Shown here: positions 1 to 12,902 of the stretch, in pieces
Layout: each line of letters opens with the position of its first letter
How positions within the stretch are numbered: the first letter of the stretch is position 1
Assembly (NCBI GenBank): GCA_024137785.1
Contig: JAHRHZ010000111.1
Span: 16,562,509-16,626,508 of the forward strand
Source: Ginglymostoma cirratum
Lineage: Eukaryota
Direction: 5' to 3'
DNA length: 64,000 bases
Translations under genes and position numbers: made by a program
Notes under the pieces: model-generated
The model's database searches: none
Seen by the model: the letters and a program-made list of their open reading frames with translations, nothing else
What the model was told of the DNA's origin: nothing

Positions 1-403
1 CCCCCCTCAACCTCCATCAATAATCCTAATCTATTCAACATCTCTTCATAGCTAGCGCCCTCCATACCAGGCAACATCCTGGTGAACCTCCTGTGCACCC
101 TCTCCAAAGCATCCACATCCTTTTGGTAATGTGGCAACCAGAACTGTACGCAGTATTCCAAATGTGGTCGAACCAAAGTCCTATATGACTGCAACATGAC
201 CTGCCAACTCTTGTACTCAATACTCCATCTGATGAAGCATGCTTTCTTGACCACTCTATCAACCTGCGTTGCCACCTTCAGGGTACAATGGACCTGAACA
301 CCCAGATCTCTCTGTGCATCAATTTTCTCCAGAGCTTTTCCATCTACCATATAGTTCGCTCTTGAATTGCATCTTCCAAAATGCATCACCTTGCATTTAC
401 CTA
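1..403 (-). mobile_element. CR1-clade (HER1-like) LINE, ORF2 3' fragment
   Basis: Minus-strand translation of ~62-170 gives RPHLEYCVQFWLPHYQKDVDALERVHRRFTRMLPGM, the typical CR1 ORF2 C-terminal motif. Nucleotide similarity to the copy at 32241-33080. Confidence 0.9.
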
Positions 404-645
404 TAGAGTTGCATGCAGGTCAGAGCTGGTAAGGTTGGCAGATTTCCTTTTGTAACAGATATGAGTGAACCAGTTGGGTTATTCAAACAGCTGACAGTTT
501 CAGATCCACATTACAGAGACTATCTTTCCAGGTTTATTAATTAAACATAAATTCCACCAGCTGCTATGGTGTGGTTTGAACTCATGTACCCAGAGTATTA
601 ACCTCTGGATTACTAATCCAGTCACAACACCACTCTGCCACCATC
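404..645 (-). mobile_element. tRNA-derived SINE fragment (same family as 57652-58035)
   Basis: Minus strand starts GGTGGCAGAGTGGTGTTGTGACTGGATTAGTAATCCAGAGG...GAGTTCAAACC (Pol III A/B-box-like). Body resembles 57652-57780. Confidence 0.65.
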
Positions 646-1639
646 TTCTGCACACATGATAAAGGAACTGTACAACTTAATTGGTCTTCAGGGTGCCAAT
701 CATAATCTTTGTCTGAAATATCTGGCACACTTTCTGATTAGTGACAGTCATTAACATATTTCCTACTACTTAGGGAATTTCTTCATAGATACTTAATAGT
801 GTTTTTTTATTTTTAATGATTGCCTCAATACAAGTCTGACTGAACAATAAGTTGTAGAAAGTGGTCCGGAATAAATTTGCCAGTAATTCAGTGTAGCAAA
901 GGCAGTATGACAATAAGTCATGTTAGAATTGTGACACGATGGGTAGCTCAAAGGATAAGAAATGTCATAGGAATTCTTCAAATTTATGGCTGCAATTTTG
1001 ACAAAAATACAGTTTTAAAATTACTTGCTCTTGGCATATGACATTCTCAACTGTCCTTGAGAATTTGGAGTACACCCAGAGAAACAAAAGAAACAATTAA
1101 AAGTGGTCATGTATTGATGAGATTGCAGCAGTCCATTAAGAAGAATGCAGAAAGACAGACACTAGTGGTCACGTCCAGCCTACAACGATCAATCATGGAA
1201 TGTAAGTATGCATGTACATTATCTATTTGACTTGAATGCCAATAAGAACTTCCGAATGTTCAATAACATTGACCATTAGAGTCAGTACTGTTTAAAACAA
1301 GGTGAACTTCACTAGTGTACAACTGATTTGGAAGGATTTTGGTTCAACAAAATATTATTAGTGAAGAAGATAATGACACCATGCCTAAGTACAAAGTTCA
1401 GAACAAGTTGCAGCTCAGCACTCTTACTCATGTCTCATTGTAGCATCCTGCAAGCAAAACCAACTTCAAGTCATATTATTGGCTGGCTGTAAAAGCTAAG
1501 AAAGAAGATAATTGCAGATGGTTCCATTTGCAGCGTCAGGATGACACTTTACTTCAAAAGCACTTTATGGTTTGTATGGGCGAGATTGTAATATAGGAAG
1601 TAGGATGTCCAATGTGTACATGGCAAGCTTCCATATGCA

Positions 1640-1880
1640 GTAATGTGATAATGGCCAGGAAGTTAGCTCAATTTTTGAAATGATGTTGATTGTTAATTAG
1701 TGACTGGGACTCTAAAGATAATTTCCCTTTCCTTCTCTGAAACAGCACCAGGAGTCTTTCATTCTAATCAAAAGAATGGGTCAAGTGTCAGTTTATTGTT
1801 TCTTCTGAAAGGTGGCACCTGTATGAAATTTAAACTCCTATCTTCTGACTCAGGGCTAATAGTGCTACAACTAAACTTTA
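1640..1880 (-). mobile_element. Decayed Deu-domain SINE (SacSINE1/AmnSINE-like)
   Basis: Reverse-complement similarity to the better-preserved copies at 59040-59402 and 57480-57640 (e.g. TCTGAAAGGTGGCACCT). Confidence 0.45.
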
Positions 1881-2011
1881 GGTAGCCTATTCTATCACAA
1901 GAATTAATGTATCATAGCTGAGCGCTTGAGATCATCCGTATTGATCCAACATCATTCACAATCACAGCATTTCACCGTTAGCAACATTTTCACAGCATTA
2001 TGCAACAGGAG

Positions 2012-2103
2012 TTGATGGTATGATGGTAATTTCCTAGCCTGATAGATCTTATATTTGATGGTATGATGGTAATTTCCTAGCCTGATAGATCTTATATTTG
2101 ATG
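2012..2103. repeat. Perfect 43-bp tandem duplication (2.1 copies)
   Basis: TTGATGGTATGATGGTAATTTCCTAGCCTGATAGATCTTATAT at 2012-2054 and 2055-2097, then TTGATG at 2098-2103. Confidence 0.95.
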
Positions 2104-3939
2104 TTTTTTGTAGTTAATGTGGTGGTTGATCACTGAAACATTTTCACAAGAGTTTGCAGATGCCCTTTAACAACAAAACATAAGTTTATTACAGAAAACA
2201 AAACAGATGTTATAATAGAAAATTTAGAAATATCTCAAACAGCAAAACAAAGTTTCAACCTGTTTTCTGACATTATTTGTTAGAGATTAAAGTCTAGAGA
2301 AGTTTTACTCCTTTTTCAACTCTTCAGTTTTGACTTAAGTGATGCCTTTCTTCTGTGCACAATGGGGAAGTTGAATCTTCAGCTTTTGAAGTCCTGCTGT
2401 CACCTTCACCTGGTCCATGTTTGACTGCTCCCTTCCCTCCCTCGGCTTCTGTGGTTCCATTTCTGGCGACAGGCTGGCCATCAATATCCATGACAAACCC
2501 ACTGACTCCCATCATTACCTTGACTATACATCATCACACCCTCTAGTCTGTCAAAAACTCAACAGTATAAACATTTCCTCCATTAATATTGCAGGGTGCT
2601 CCAGGCCCTTGAGTGCTGTCCCACGTTTTTGGAACAGTGGACAATTAAGGTCACTGTCCAGAATATCTTTAGACTTATGAAATAAAACTTTAAAAATAAA
2701 ATAATAAAAATTAATAAAAAAGACCAAATCCCTCTACAACTATTTTAAAATCTAACTTCCCAAAACAATTTTATATTATAGTGTACACCTTCATCTCAAT
2801 TGGAGGAATAAAACTTCCTTCCACTTGTGACTTCCACTGCCAACAGTCCTTCTCTAGTTTAGCTCGTTAACTCTTACTTTTAGCAAACAAGTTAACGAGT
2901 CTGTTTCTCAACTTCATACATTGGTCAGTCAGCGTTGGTCTATTGCAGAATCCACGGGTGTCACCAATAAAAGTGACATAACCTGTTTTGGTCATCAGGC
3001 TTTGTTTGAATTCAACTAGTGAACTGCCAGTACTTCTTTGAGCCCTGAAACATAGATCTCTGTTTTGGTATGTGGCAGGAAATCCAGTGGGCCTTTTGCC
3101 AGTGAGTAAAAGACAAGGGATAAAGGGGGAGCCAGTAACTAGATTTGCCACATTTTCTACACTTTCCTTGCCCTTGGCTATTTTGCCAACTTAGTACCCT
3201 GCTCCTACTGCCTCCCAATACCTTTTGATGCCTTTAATCCTAAGGACTATATCTAACTCCTTCTTGAAGAAAAACCTTACACGACAATCTCTCCTCAGGC
3301 TCCACACAATCTGTTTTGTAAAATGTTTGATTATTTCAACTGTCATGTTGAGCAGAAAAGCAGTTTTGTATTCAAACAGATGCTGTATTCGCTGAAAGCC
3401 ATTGTATCTATGTTGCCATGCATTGTTTTGGCCCCGAAATCTCTGCTTGAAGTCAGGCAAGATGTTATTGATGATAGGTAGAATTCATACTGATAGGTGA
3501 TGATTTATGAAACACATCACTAAATGCCAGTGGGCTGCAAAACTCAAAGATGTTAATTTGTATATATTGTTTGCAACTCAGTGTAGTGTCTCTATTTTGC
3601 TCTGCAGAACTTTAAACACTTTAAGGACTGCGCAGGATAGCACACACTTGTTTCTCTTCCCTGTTTTCTATTCTACATAATAACGATAATGAAGAGAAAG
3701 AGTTTAAGAACGATCATAAAGCATAAGACTGTATAATTGAATGTAAGAAGAGAAAAGAAAACAGATAAAAGAAGTGCAGGATCGTGAAACTTGAAGAAGA
3801 AATACAACTAGAAACAATGAGGTTGATGACCTTGTTGAGAGATAAAATAAGAAGACAATCGAAAAAAAAACTGAAGACATGGGGCCCAAGTGAAATATTT
3901 CCAGATTTACAGCTGATACATTCCTGCTTAGCTTTGTTT

Positions 3940-4905
3940 TATGTGAGGAAAGTGTAAAGTGGCTTCAGGAGGATTTGGACAGGCTTAGCGAGTGGGCAAA
4001 AAGGTGGCAAGTGAAATATCATGTGGAAAGATATAACGTAACCATTTTGATAAGAGGAACAGATGCGCAGAGTATTTCTTAAATGGTTGAAAATTGTAGA
4101 TGTGGGAAGGAACCAAGTTGTCCTTCTCAATACATCAGTGAAGGTTAACATGCAGGTGCAGCAAACTATTGGGAAGGTTAATAGAATGTTAGGTTTTATT
4201 ACAAGAGGATTTGAGTTTAGGAGGAGTGAAATCTTGTTTCCGTTTTATAAGTGCATGTTTAGACTACATCTGGAGTATGTGTGCAGTTTTGATTTCCTTC
4301 TTACTGTCGTAAAGGGAGTGCAACAAAGATTAACCAAACTTGTTCCCAGAATGGTAGAATTATGCAATGGAGAGAGATTGGGCAAACTGGGCCTACATTC
4401 TCCAGAGTTTGGAAGAATAGAGGTATTATCATTGATGCCAACAAAATACTTAAAGGGATAGACAGGGTAGATGCAGGTAAGATGATGAGCCTGTAATAAG
4501 GGGGATGCCATTTTGGACCAAGCTGAGGAGAAATCTTTTTACTCAAAGTGATTGTGAAGCTTTTCAATTCTCCACCACATAGAGCTGTGGGAACTCAATC
4601 TTTAACTATATTTAAAGTAGAGGTTGATAGGTTTTTGATTACCAATGGCATTAGACTAATGACAAACATGTAGGTAAAAGAGAGTTAATAGGAACTGCAG
4701 ATGCTGGAGAATCCGAGATAACAAGGTGTAGAGCTGGATGAACACAGCAGGCCAAGCAGCATCATAGGAGCAGGAAAACTTGACGTTGATGAAGGGCCTA
4801 GACCCTTCATCAGAAAAGAGAGTGATGAGTTTGATCAACCATGATCATATTAAGTGGTAGAGTGGGTTCGAAGGGCTTAACAGTCTATCCCTGTTCCTTT
4901 GTTCA
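3940..4905 (+). mobile_element. CR1 LINE 3' portion (decayed), interrupted by a family-A insert
   Basis: ORF 4063-4461 contains KVNRMLGFITRGFEFR..FRLHLEYV..VQQRLTKLVPRM..ERLGKLGLHSPEFGR, typical of CR1 ORF2. CR1-type 3' UTR follows to ~4905. Confidence 0.9.
4686..4813 (-). mobile_element. Family-A Penelope-LTR-like short insert with mutated hammerhead; 10-bp TSD
   Basis: Near-identical to 11322-11416 and similar to 57789-57913. AAAAGAGAGT at 4676-4685 and 4814-4823. Minus strand reads CUGAUGA-AGGG-UCUAGG-CCC-UUCAUC-AACGUC. Confidence 0.8.
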
Positions 4906-5092
4906 TAAGATGGAAAAATAGAGGAGACATATAAAAAATACACTGAGCTGGCCAGATAAATGCTGGAAGGTACTAGCATGGTCTTGGCTGCTGCTGTTTT
5001 TAAAGAAATACTCATGGCCAAGTTCAGAATCTGTGAATTTGGAGATAAGTTGAATAATTGATATCAAAACACAAAACAGAGAGAGGGCATCA

Positions 5093-5141
5093 CAGACACC
5101 TAACAAATGGAAACTACTCACACATCTAACAAATGGAAACT
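5093..5141. repeat. Short tandem duplication, 26-bp period
   Basis: CTAACAAATGGAAACT at 5100-5115 and 5126-5141. Confidence 0.85.
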
Positions 5142-6179
5142 GTGTGTAAGAGATTGATTGTGGCATGACTGCCATGCACAATTTATATATTGGCTCCAGG
5201 AGTCCTAAGTACAATATTAAAATTTTAAGAATAATAACAAAACTGGAGCTCTATTTAATTCTGAGGAAAAGTGTAGGGAAATAAAGTGCAACATTATCAT
5301 TCTGAATGGACATGTTGATGGCATTACAGACAGGATTGAGGTGGTGTACCATAAGCGATAATAGGAAAAAGGAAGTCACCTACTTCCAAGCCTTGCTGAC
5401 TCACCCAGGAAAAAAGCCTTTTCAAGAATATTTCATTTGCTTTAATGTGGTAAATGTGGCAACAACAAGTTTTATTACTCAAAAGAAAACACTGTCTTTT
5501 TCTATCATGCCATGAAATGTGTAAGTCACTCTAACTTCTTTCCTTGTCTCACTGACCTTTATCCTTAAGTTGACACAGATAGGCTTTTAACTGGAGGTGG
5601 AACTGGTAAAAAATATTTGAATTGGTTATGGTTCTTGGAGTGCAACCAGGCATTTTTATTGAAATTCCGTTATACCACTATGTCAACAAAACCTGTGAAG
5701 GTGAATGCATTGGAAAGTTTCAACTGAGCAAATGGCATAACAGGTGTTGGACTGGGCTGAATAGATGGCTGACCTATCAATCAAAGATGTCAGAAATCTG
5801 TTTCGTCCCATAAATCACTGGCTAATTTCCCACAACTTGCCCACAACACATTTTAAACTAACAGGCCTTTCATTTTCAAGTTTCTCTCTCTTGGCTTTCC
5901 TAACTAATGGAGTCACGCTTACAAATTTCTAATTTAAAGAAACAATTCCTGAATCAATAGAACTTTGAAAGATTATGGCTATAACATAACTGTGCTTTCC
6001 TCATCAACTTCCTTTTAAAAAACTGGTGGAAAACATCAAGGTTTGATTAATTAATTTCCCCTAACTTTGTCTTATTAATATTACAATAGTACTGTTGTCA
6101 TTGAGGCTATATACCACCTCCTTTTCCAAATTCCTGAATTTTCCTAAAAGCTTTTCTGTAGCTATGAATATTTTCAGTT

Positions 6180-7760
6180 TCTAGCTCCAACCATGTGTCC
6201 GCAATAGCAGGCTTTTTAAGCTCTATTGAGTCTCCAATTTACTCAGTGTCTGTATGAAAATCTCTGTCAGGAGCAGATCCAATTCTATCCTTTTAACTTG
6301 TTGCAATTCTTCTGTCGTTTAACTTCAAATGTTTCTTATTTGTTGGCCTTCCTTCTTCTGCTTTAGTTTAATATTCCATTCACATGGGCTATCCATAACC
6401 CTGTTGGTTGACCAAAGGTCTGTTCTAAACCCCACTTATTTTACAAAGCTTTAAATTATATTTTTGCCACTGTTTTTGTTTTTAACTGAGCCCTTCATCT
6501 TGTTTATTATTTTAAAGCTCGTTTAACATCTATTTATCCTCTCTGCTAGGATATCGGTCCCAAATTAATTGAGATACAGTCTATCCCAATGGTACGTCTC
6601 CCTTCCAGCCCTATCGTGTTGCTGGTCTCGCAAGAGCACACACTCGTGTAGCCACATTTTTACCTCAATGATCAGTGGCTTCTATGCCCTTTAGGATGAA
6701 CTCAGGCAATAATCCAGAGATTACCACCTTTGAGGTCCTGATTGTTATTTTTTTAAAATTCATTCATCCAATGTGGACTTGACTAGCTATATCGGCATTT
6801 ATTGCCCATTGCTGATTGCTCTGTAGAAGGTGGTGGTGAGGTGCATTTGTGAGCTGCTGCTGCCCTTGGGTTAGAGAAGCACCCATAGTGTCTGGGACGT
6901 TTTTCCAGGATTTGACCCAGTGACTACAAGGGCATGACGGTCTAGTTCAACTTCAGGATGATCTGTGATCTTGCAGGTGATTGTGTTCCTGAGCTTTCAA
7001 GATGGCAGAAGTTGTAGGTTGGGATGGTGCTGTTGGAGAAGTCTTAGCCAGTTACTGCGTGCATCTTGGAGATTGTGTACACTGCCGCTGAGAATGAGGT
7101 GAATGTTGAAAGTGGTTGATGTAGTGTCAATCAAACAGGCTGCTTTTGTCCTGGATCATGTTAAGCTTCTTGTGTTATTGAATCGGTAATTCTCCAGGCA
7201 AGTGGAGAGTATTCTATCACATTTCTGCCTTGTGCCTTCGACGGTAGATGGTTCCCAATTCAGTTCTGAACTTTTGATGCACCAACAGTAGAATATCTCC
7301 TGCTTTTCTTTCCCATGTCATTGGACTGCTCAGAGTAAAACAACTGGATCTTCATCCTGCCTTTCTGATTTCATTTACAGCAACTTTGAATATCCATTAC
7401 CCTTACATAAGGTCACTTTCTGGAACTTTTGTTTATCACTGCTGGATGTCCGATCTATTCTCTGAATTATTGAATCTCTGAAAAATATATTTCTACTCTT
7501 TTTTTCTCTGCCTCTTGAACAGCATCTATGCCCTGGTGCATTAGTTAGTATTGTGGCTATCCACCCCACTGTATTTTATCAGATCCTCACAGATATTAGA
7601 TGGAAAATGTATCAGTTGAATAGAGTCTAAGGAATTGCTTCTGCTATCCCTCTGTTGACAGATGGATATACACTCCCATTCCTCCACCTGTGTTTGTGCC
7701 TGAGGTGACTATATGGTAGGGAAAAACTATCTTGAAATTTTGTTAAGCATTGGGCAGACT
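6180..7760 (-). mobile_element. Decayed CR1 5' region with ORF1 SGNH/GDSL-esterase relic
   Basis: ORF 7375-7569(-) contains RNIFFRDSIIQRIDR (cf. VVIGDSIVRGIDR). ~7300-7357(-) reads EDPVVLL...NDMGKK (cf. EDPVVVVHVGTNDIGRK). Interrupted by 6755-7245. Confidence 0.6.
6755..7245 (-). mobile_element. CR1/L2-group LINE 3' end (same family as 37850-38305)
   Basis: Reverse complement of the 37850-38305 element (TTGTCCTGGATCATGTTAAGCTTCTT encodes KKLNMIQD). Tail GGCATTTATTGCCCAT near 6795. Confidence 0.75.
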
Positions 7761-9699
7761 CTAAATTGTGCTTCAACTTGAGAGACAGAATATTTTGGAC
7801 TTAGTCCGTGCCAGACTGATGTGTCTATATTTGGGACAGGAATCCAGTTAGCTGTGGCTTTCTTATTCAGCTAGAACATTAGGATCCTGTCTCAATCAGT
7901 GCCTCCCCCACTATTAGCTAATGTGACCCAATTTTAATTCCTGAAAATTTAATGTGATCTCCCAGTGTTATCAAAAACAAAACAGCAATAAAGCAGCATA
8001 GCAATATTCAGTATATAGCTATTAAAACATACAAATTAAAGATCTCTCCTATGCCTAGAAATGCACATGCCAGGATCTGCTTTTGTAGCTAGTTTTTTAC
8101 CCCTGGAATAGGACTAGCTGCCAGTGGCTATGGCATGCCTGGCATATGCGTGTTAGAAGAACTTACCAACAGCTAATCAATCTGTTTGGTTGTGACTGTA
8201 CCTTCAATGGTCATCAAGTCCTGGGGTCAGCCTGAACTTGGAGCTTCTGACACAGAGATAGGTATGCTACCCATAGTTCCACAATTACTGTCAAAACACA
8301 GAATTTCATGAAATATCAACATGAAAACCTGAGTTTCTAAAGTACTTGTAAAAATGTTATTTTATAAACTCGTGTAGGTTTTGGCCAAAATTTCCATCTT
8401 CTTCAGTGACAGCAGATTCAATGAAGCCCCTCTGCTTCACTCAGCCTGACACACATGCCTCTCAGGCCGATCCCTCTTCCCCAAATTGATTGCTTACTCA
8501 CCAGCCCCTCTCCCCTTGCCATTGTCTAAGAAGTAGAATGGCTATCCTGGATTCAGGAGCATATACTTTAGGCAAGCAGGAGCAGAAACATGTTCCTGTT
8601 TGAAGCTGCCTCTCACTTTCCTAGCTGAGCTATGTGTCCACTTGATTCTTTTTCTGCACCTAGTTAAACTTGTTAAACTTGAATTAAACTTGTCAGCTTT
8701 TTCCACGCACTGAATCGGTGCATAAAAGGACAGGACCCATGTTGCATTCACTACTGAAGGTCTCCTCTGACGTTAAAGGATGCTTTGGGCTCATTGTTCA
8801 CCTCCTTCAGTTTGACTACACCCAGTGCATCCAATCCCAGCCAAGACTGGGCAGTTTCCTCTCCCACAGCCTCTGAGGAGGGGCAGCTCACTGCCCCAAA
8901 TGTGATCTCTGCGCTCCCCCATCACGGGTCATAACCCATATTTTGGGAAACAACTGATCCAAAATAAAATTGTCCGACAGCTCCAGGGAAGTTTTCCATT
9001 CATTTTTGATCAGACTTCACAGAAAGCCAGAAGAGGGTCCGAGATCCGGATTCAATGTCAACTCAAGTGGATTTATCTTGCTGTACTCACACAAATCTAC
9101 CTCCTCATGTCTGGAAAATCTCCCCACCACAATCCCTTCTATGCTTCAAACAAGAGGTAGAGAGATCTCTGCAAGTGTGGCACTATGGGACATTCTCATC
9201 GTGCAAAAATAGCCACTAAGCACAGTCTTGACAGTTAACTGTGTATTGCAGATGGTGATGGCACTGAAAGAGTTAATGTTAAATTTGAATTAGCTCTGCT
9301 CAGTCTGATGATTGGTCTATTGGTTGAGGCAGGGAATTCTGCACTAACCTTCCTAAGGAGAGAGTGTATTCTGTATAGCTCCTGTGAGCCCTTGTAATTA
9401 TGCCTGACATGCAATATATTTGTTTATTGTATGATAGCAATAAGTGCTGTCTGGTTAAGTAAGAACAGTACCACTTCTGTGAAGACCTTATAGTCATGTA
9501 TCTGTAACCAGTGAACATTAGAGATGCCCAAGATGAGGAAGAAACAAAGGAATATTGGTGGCTCTGAACTACCCCCAAATAAACCTTACTCTGAATCACA
9601 TAATGGCTGATGCTGCGAGGTGCCAGTAGTGGCAACCATACTATCAATCTAGCCTTTATTTCTGAGTTGTTAGTAATTTCATTCTAACTGCAATCAAAT

Positions 9700-10380
9700 T
9701 GCTTTACATTGACTTTTATTGCCACCACTGATGTGACTATGACAATGATAAACTATAGCTCCTCATCCTTCTCAACCTGTGCAGCCTTTGATATGGTTTA
9801 TCATGCTACATTCCTACAATGCTTCTTCTTTGTGGATAAGACTATTCTTGTCTGATTTAATCCTTATATATTCAGTAATAACCAAATAATTATTTGCAAT
9901 GACTTGTCTTCCTACTACCTCATGGTTACCTCTAGTGTCCTCAATGATCTATCCTTAGCCCTCTCCTATTTCTCATCCATATGTTGCCCCCTCAGAGATA
10001 TCATCCAAAAGTACAACATCAGTTTTCATAGGGTCACTGAGGATGCCTAACCTCTCACCATCAGTTCTCTCTGTTCCTCATTTGCCTCTGCAATTTCAGG
10101 CTGCTTGTCTGACATCCAGTGTATGATGAGGTGAAATTTCCTCCAACTAACCAGCAAAAAGATGAAGCAAGTCACTTCTCATCTGACTATAAACTACCCC
10201 CTTGTCACCGATTCTATCCTTTTCAACCAGCAACTCTCTGATGCTGAACCAAATCACAGCTTGGCACTGTATTTCACCTCAACGTATGCATTGGCCTCAT
10301 GTATCATGTAAGCATTAAAGCTGCTCATCTCCTCCACCATGTCATTACCCCTGCCTCAGCTCATCTGCTGCTGAAATCTT
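9700..10380 (+). mobile_element. L2-clade LINE reverse-transcriptase fragment (decayed)
   Basis: Frameshifted translation gives LLILLNL/AAFDMVYHATFLQ (cf. LLDLSAAFDTVDH) and SILSPLLFLIHMLP (cf. QGSILGPLLFLIYMLP). Confidence 0.8.
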
Positions 10381-10780
10381 NNNNNNNNNNNNNNNNNNNN
10401 NNNNNNNNNNNNNNNNNNNNNNNNNNNNNNNNNNNNNNNNNNNNNNNNNNNNNNNNNNNNNNNNNNNNNNNNNNNNNNNNNNNNNNNNNNNNNNNNNNNN
10501 NNNNNNNNNNNNNNNNNNNNNNNNNNNNNNNNNNNNNNNNNNNNNNNNNNNNNNNNNNNNNNNNNNNNNNNNNNNNNNNNNNNNNNNNNNNNNNNNNNNN
10601 NNNNNNNNNNNNNNNNNNNNNNNNNNNNNNNNNNNNNNNNNNNNNNNNNNNNNNNNNNNNNNNNNNNNNNNNNNNNNNNNNNNNNNNNNNNNNNNNNNNN
10701 NNNNNNNNNNNNNNNNNNNNNNNNNNNNNNNNNNNNNNNNNNNNNNNNNNNNNNNNNNNNNNNNNNNNNNNNNNNNNNNN
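10381..10780. other. Assembly gap (400 N)
   Basis: Run of N characters. Confidence 1.
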
Positions 10781-11321
10781 TTCTTAATTCCTCATTCTGT
10801 TAATGACGTAGTGATCCCAAGGTGTATCTGATGGTCTACAATTTGAGAGGTGCTGGTCTGACACCAGAGAGTGAGAACTGATCTGCAAACATAGAGGGAA
10901 TGGTTGGACTGGCCAATGAAGAATGGTTGGGAGATGGTAGTTGGTATTGAACAAGGAAACCAGGCTTGTGAGGGGATTGGAGGGGACACTGTTGCTCCTC
11001 AGGGAGTGATCCCATAGGAATTACTGTAAAGACATGTCAACTATCTGAGTCTGTCCTCTCTTCACTGTAGCTGACCGGGAGGGGGTAACCTTCGTCAAAT
11101 TTTCACACCTAAGTAAAGTCAGGTTGTCAGGAAATTGAAGTCTGTTGTCTGACATTTTTCCATTTCATTACCCATTTGAAATCTGATCCTCACCTAATTC
11201 CACCTTTGTTTCTAGTTATAAAGCTACTGATCCCTTATCCTTTAAAGGCTTGTCAAAACTTATTCTGACCACCCCTCCACCCCCTGTGTCTTGATTCCTG
11301 CACAACATTTATAATTGTATC

Positions 11322-11416
11322 AGAGATAACAGGAACTGCAGATGCTGGAGAATCCGAGATAACAAGGTGTGGAGCTGGATGAACACAGCAGGCCAAGCAG
11401 CATCATAGGAGCAGGA
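11322..11416 (-). mobile_element. Family-A short insert, truncated before the hammerhead core
   Basis: GAGATAACAGGAACTGCAGATGCTGGAGAATCCGAGATAACAAGGTGTGGAGCTGGATGAACACAGCAGGCCAAGCAGCATCATAGGAGCAGGA is almost identical to 4682-4776. Confidence 0.85.
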
Positions 11417-11459
11417 TACCTGATTGATTGTTTCTCCCCTTTCCTTGCCAAGTTGATCA

Positions 11460-11760
11460 TGTGGATAGAGCGGAGAAGCTGGAGCTGACTGACAGTGAAG
11501 TTTAATGGGAGATTTAAGAGAGGTGCTCAAAATCATGAAAGACTTTGACAGTATCTGGAAGGAGTAGCCTATAAGGTTGCTGGCAGCAGATTCAATCATA
11601 ATTTTCAAGAGAGAATTGGATAAATAGTTGAAGGGAAAAATTGCACAGGCTATAGGAAAGGATGGTAGTCTGGGACAAATTGGATAGCTTATTCAAAGAG
11701 CCAGCACAAGAGTACATGCTTAAATATTTATCTTCTGTGCTATATATTTCTATGAAGCTA
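11460..11760 (+). mobile_element. CR1 3' end fragment
   Basis: GGGAGATTTAAGAGAGGTGCTCAAAATCATGAAAG (GDLREVLKIMK) followed by a CR1-like 3' UTR ending TTCTATGA. Confidence 0.65.
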
Positions 11761-12902
11761 AGCTAATACTATTCAGCAATTGTCAGCTTTGTTATTTATA
11801 TTGTTGTGCTTACCTATGTCCATTATTTCATATTTGCAAATCTTGCTGATTGCAATTAATCAGCAATGTTTGATCCTCCAAATTGGTCATTTGTCTTATT
11901 TGAATGGATATGTCAAAGCCAGAGAACTAATTGCTCTCAATTTTGATTTATGCTGATTTCATATTATCTCCCAAAAATCTAGTTTGCAGACTGGTTACAG
12001 ATTTCATTCTGTGTTTTGAGGCACAAATTAGAGATTTCAAGTAGCCCTGTGATTAGTAAAAAGTAAAACAGTAGGAGTTGAGAAATTGTAGAATAATACT
12101 AAGCTTTATTCTGTCAGAAAAAGAACGAAGGGAACATTTGGGGATTGTGTCTGAAAGCTGAGTCCTTTTCAAGCAGTGAGAAAGTCATTCCCATGACTTC
12201 AGGGATCATTTTAATTGATTGCTTTCAGTCTCTTGCTAGTTTGTGGCATGAAGTTACCACATAGACATTTTCAATTTTTGTACAGGATTTTTTATTGGGT
12301 CATGGCTCAGAAGAACAGAAGTTCTATTTCCTCCTCAGTATGACAGAAGAAAAAAAATGGAGCAGCAAGTATTATGTACAAATGAACAGCTTAACTACTT
12401 CATCAAATAGATGGAGATTGGGCGAGAGTTCTTAGTCCTCCAAGCAGTGACAAAGCACTCTCTTTTGAAGTTTTAGTTAACTTTGAAAGTCTTCAGCCAA
12501 CCCCAGGATATGCTGTTTTAATTTAAAGATGAACAGCAATAATTATTTGTAACTTTAAATGTTTATCCTTTTCAAAAATACTGTCTCCAGTTATGTGACT
12601 TTTCATGTTCTGTAGCACTAAGTGTATGATAATTTGCAAATATGCATCACATAAAATCAACAAGATTCTGATTTTCAATTTCTACACTGTCCATTCTTGT
12701 AGTGACACTTCAGTTTGGTCTTAATCAGTACAAAGTAATAAGCATGTGGTTTAAATCTATATCCAAAAGAATTTGGGGTGTAGGAGATGAAAGTATTTAA
12801 AATAATTTCACTTCGTTTTGTTTGGAGCCGAAAATTTAAAGTCTTGATCCATCTAGGTTGAAAAATAGACAGAACGAATGAGAAATTGTGTTGACTCAAA
12901 GG

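Noticed and set aside
1062-1207. Open frame TPRETKETIKSG...QRSIME ending at a GTAAGT donor (1202)
   Set aside because: No convincing acceptor, an upstream in-frame stop, no recognisable homology and no partner exon.
3690-3900. Purine-rich stretch translating to a charged, coiled-coil-like peptide (KLEEEIQLETMRL...)
   Set aside because: Short, compositionally biased, with no splice signals or recognisable domain.
4063-4461. 132-aa ORF as a host gene
   Set aside because: It is a decayed CR1 ORF2 C-terminus with internal deletions.
10299-10787. 162-aa ORF
   Set aside because: Artefact of translating through the N gap.
10804-11097. 294-bp TG...CA segment with 7/8-bp terminal inverted match and a CCAAT box (possible small solo LTR)
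   Set aside because: No TSD (GTTAA vs AATTT), no second copy in the window, and it lies next to a gap.
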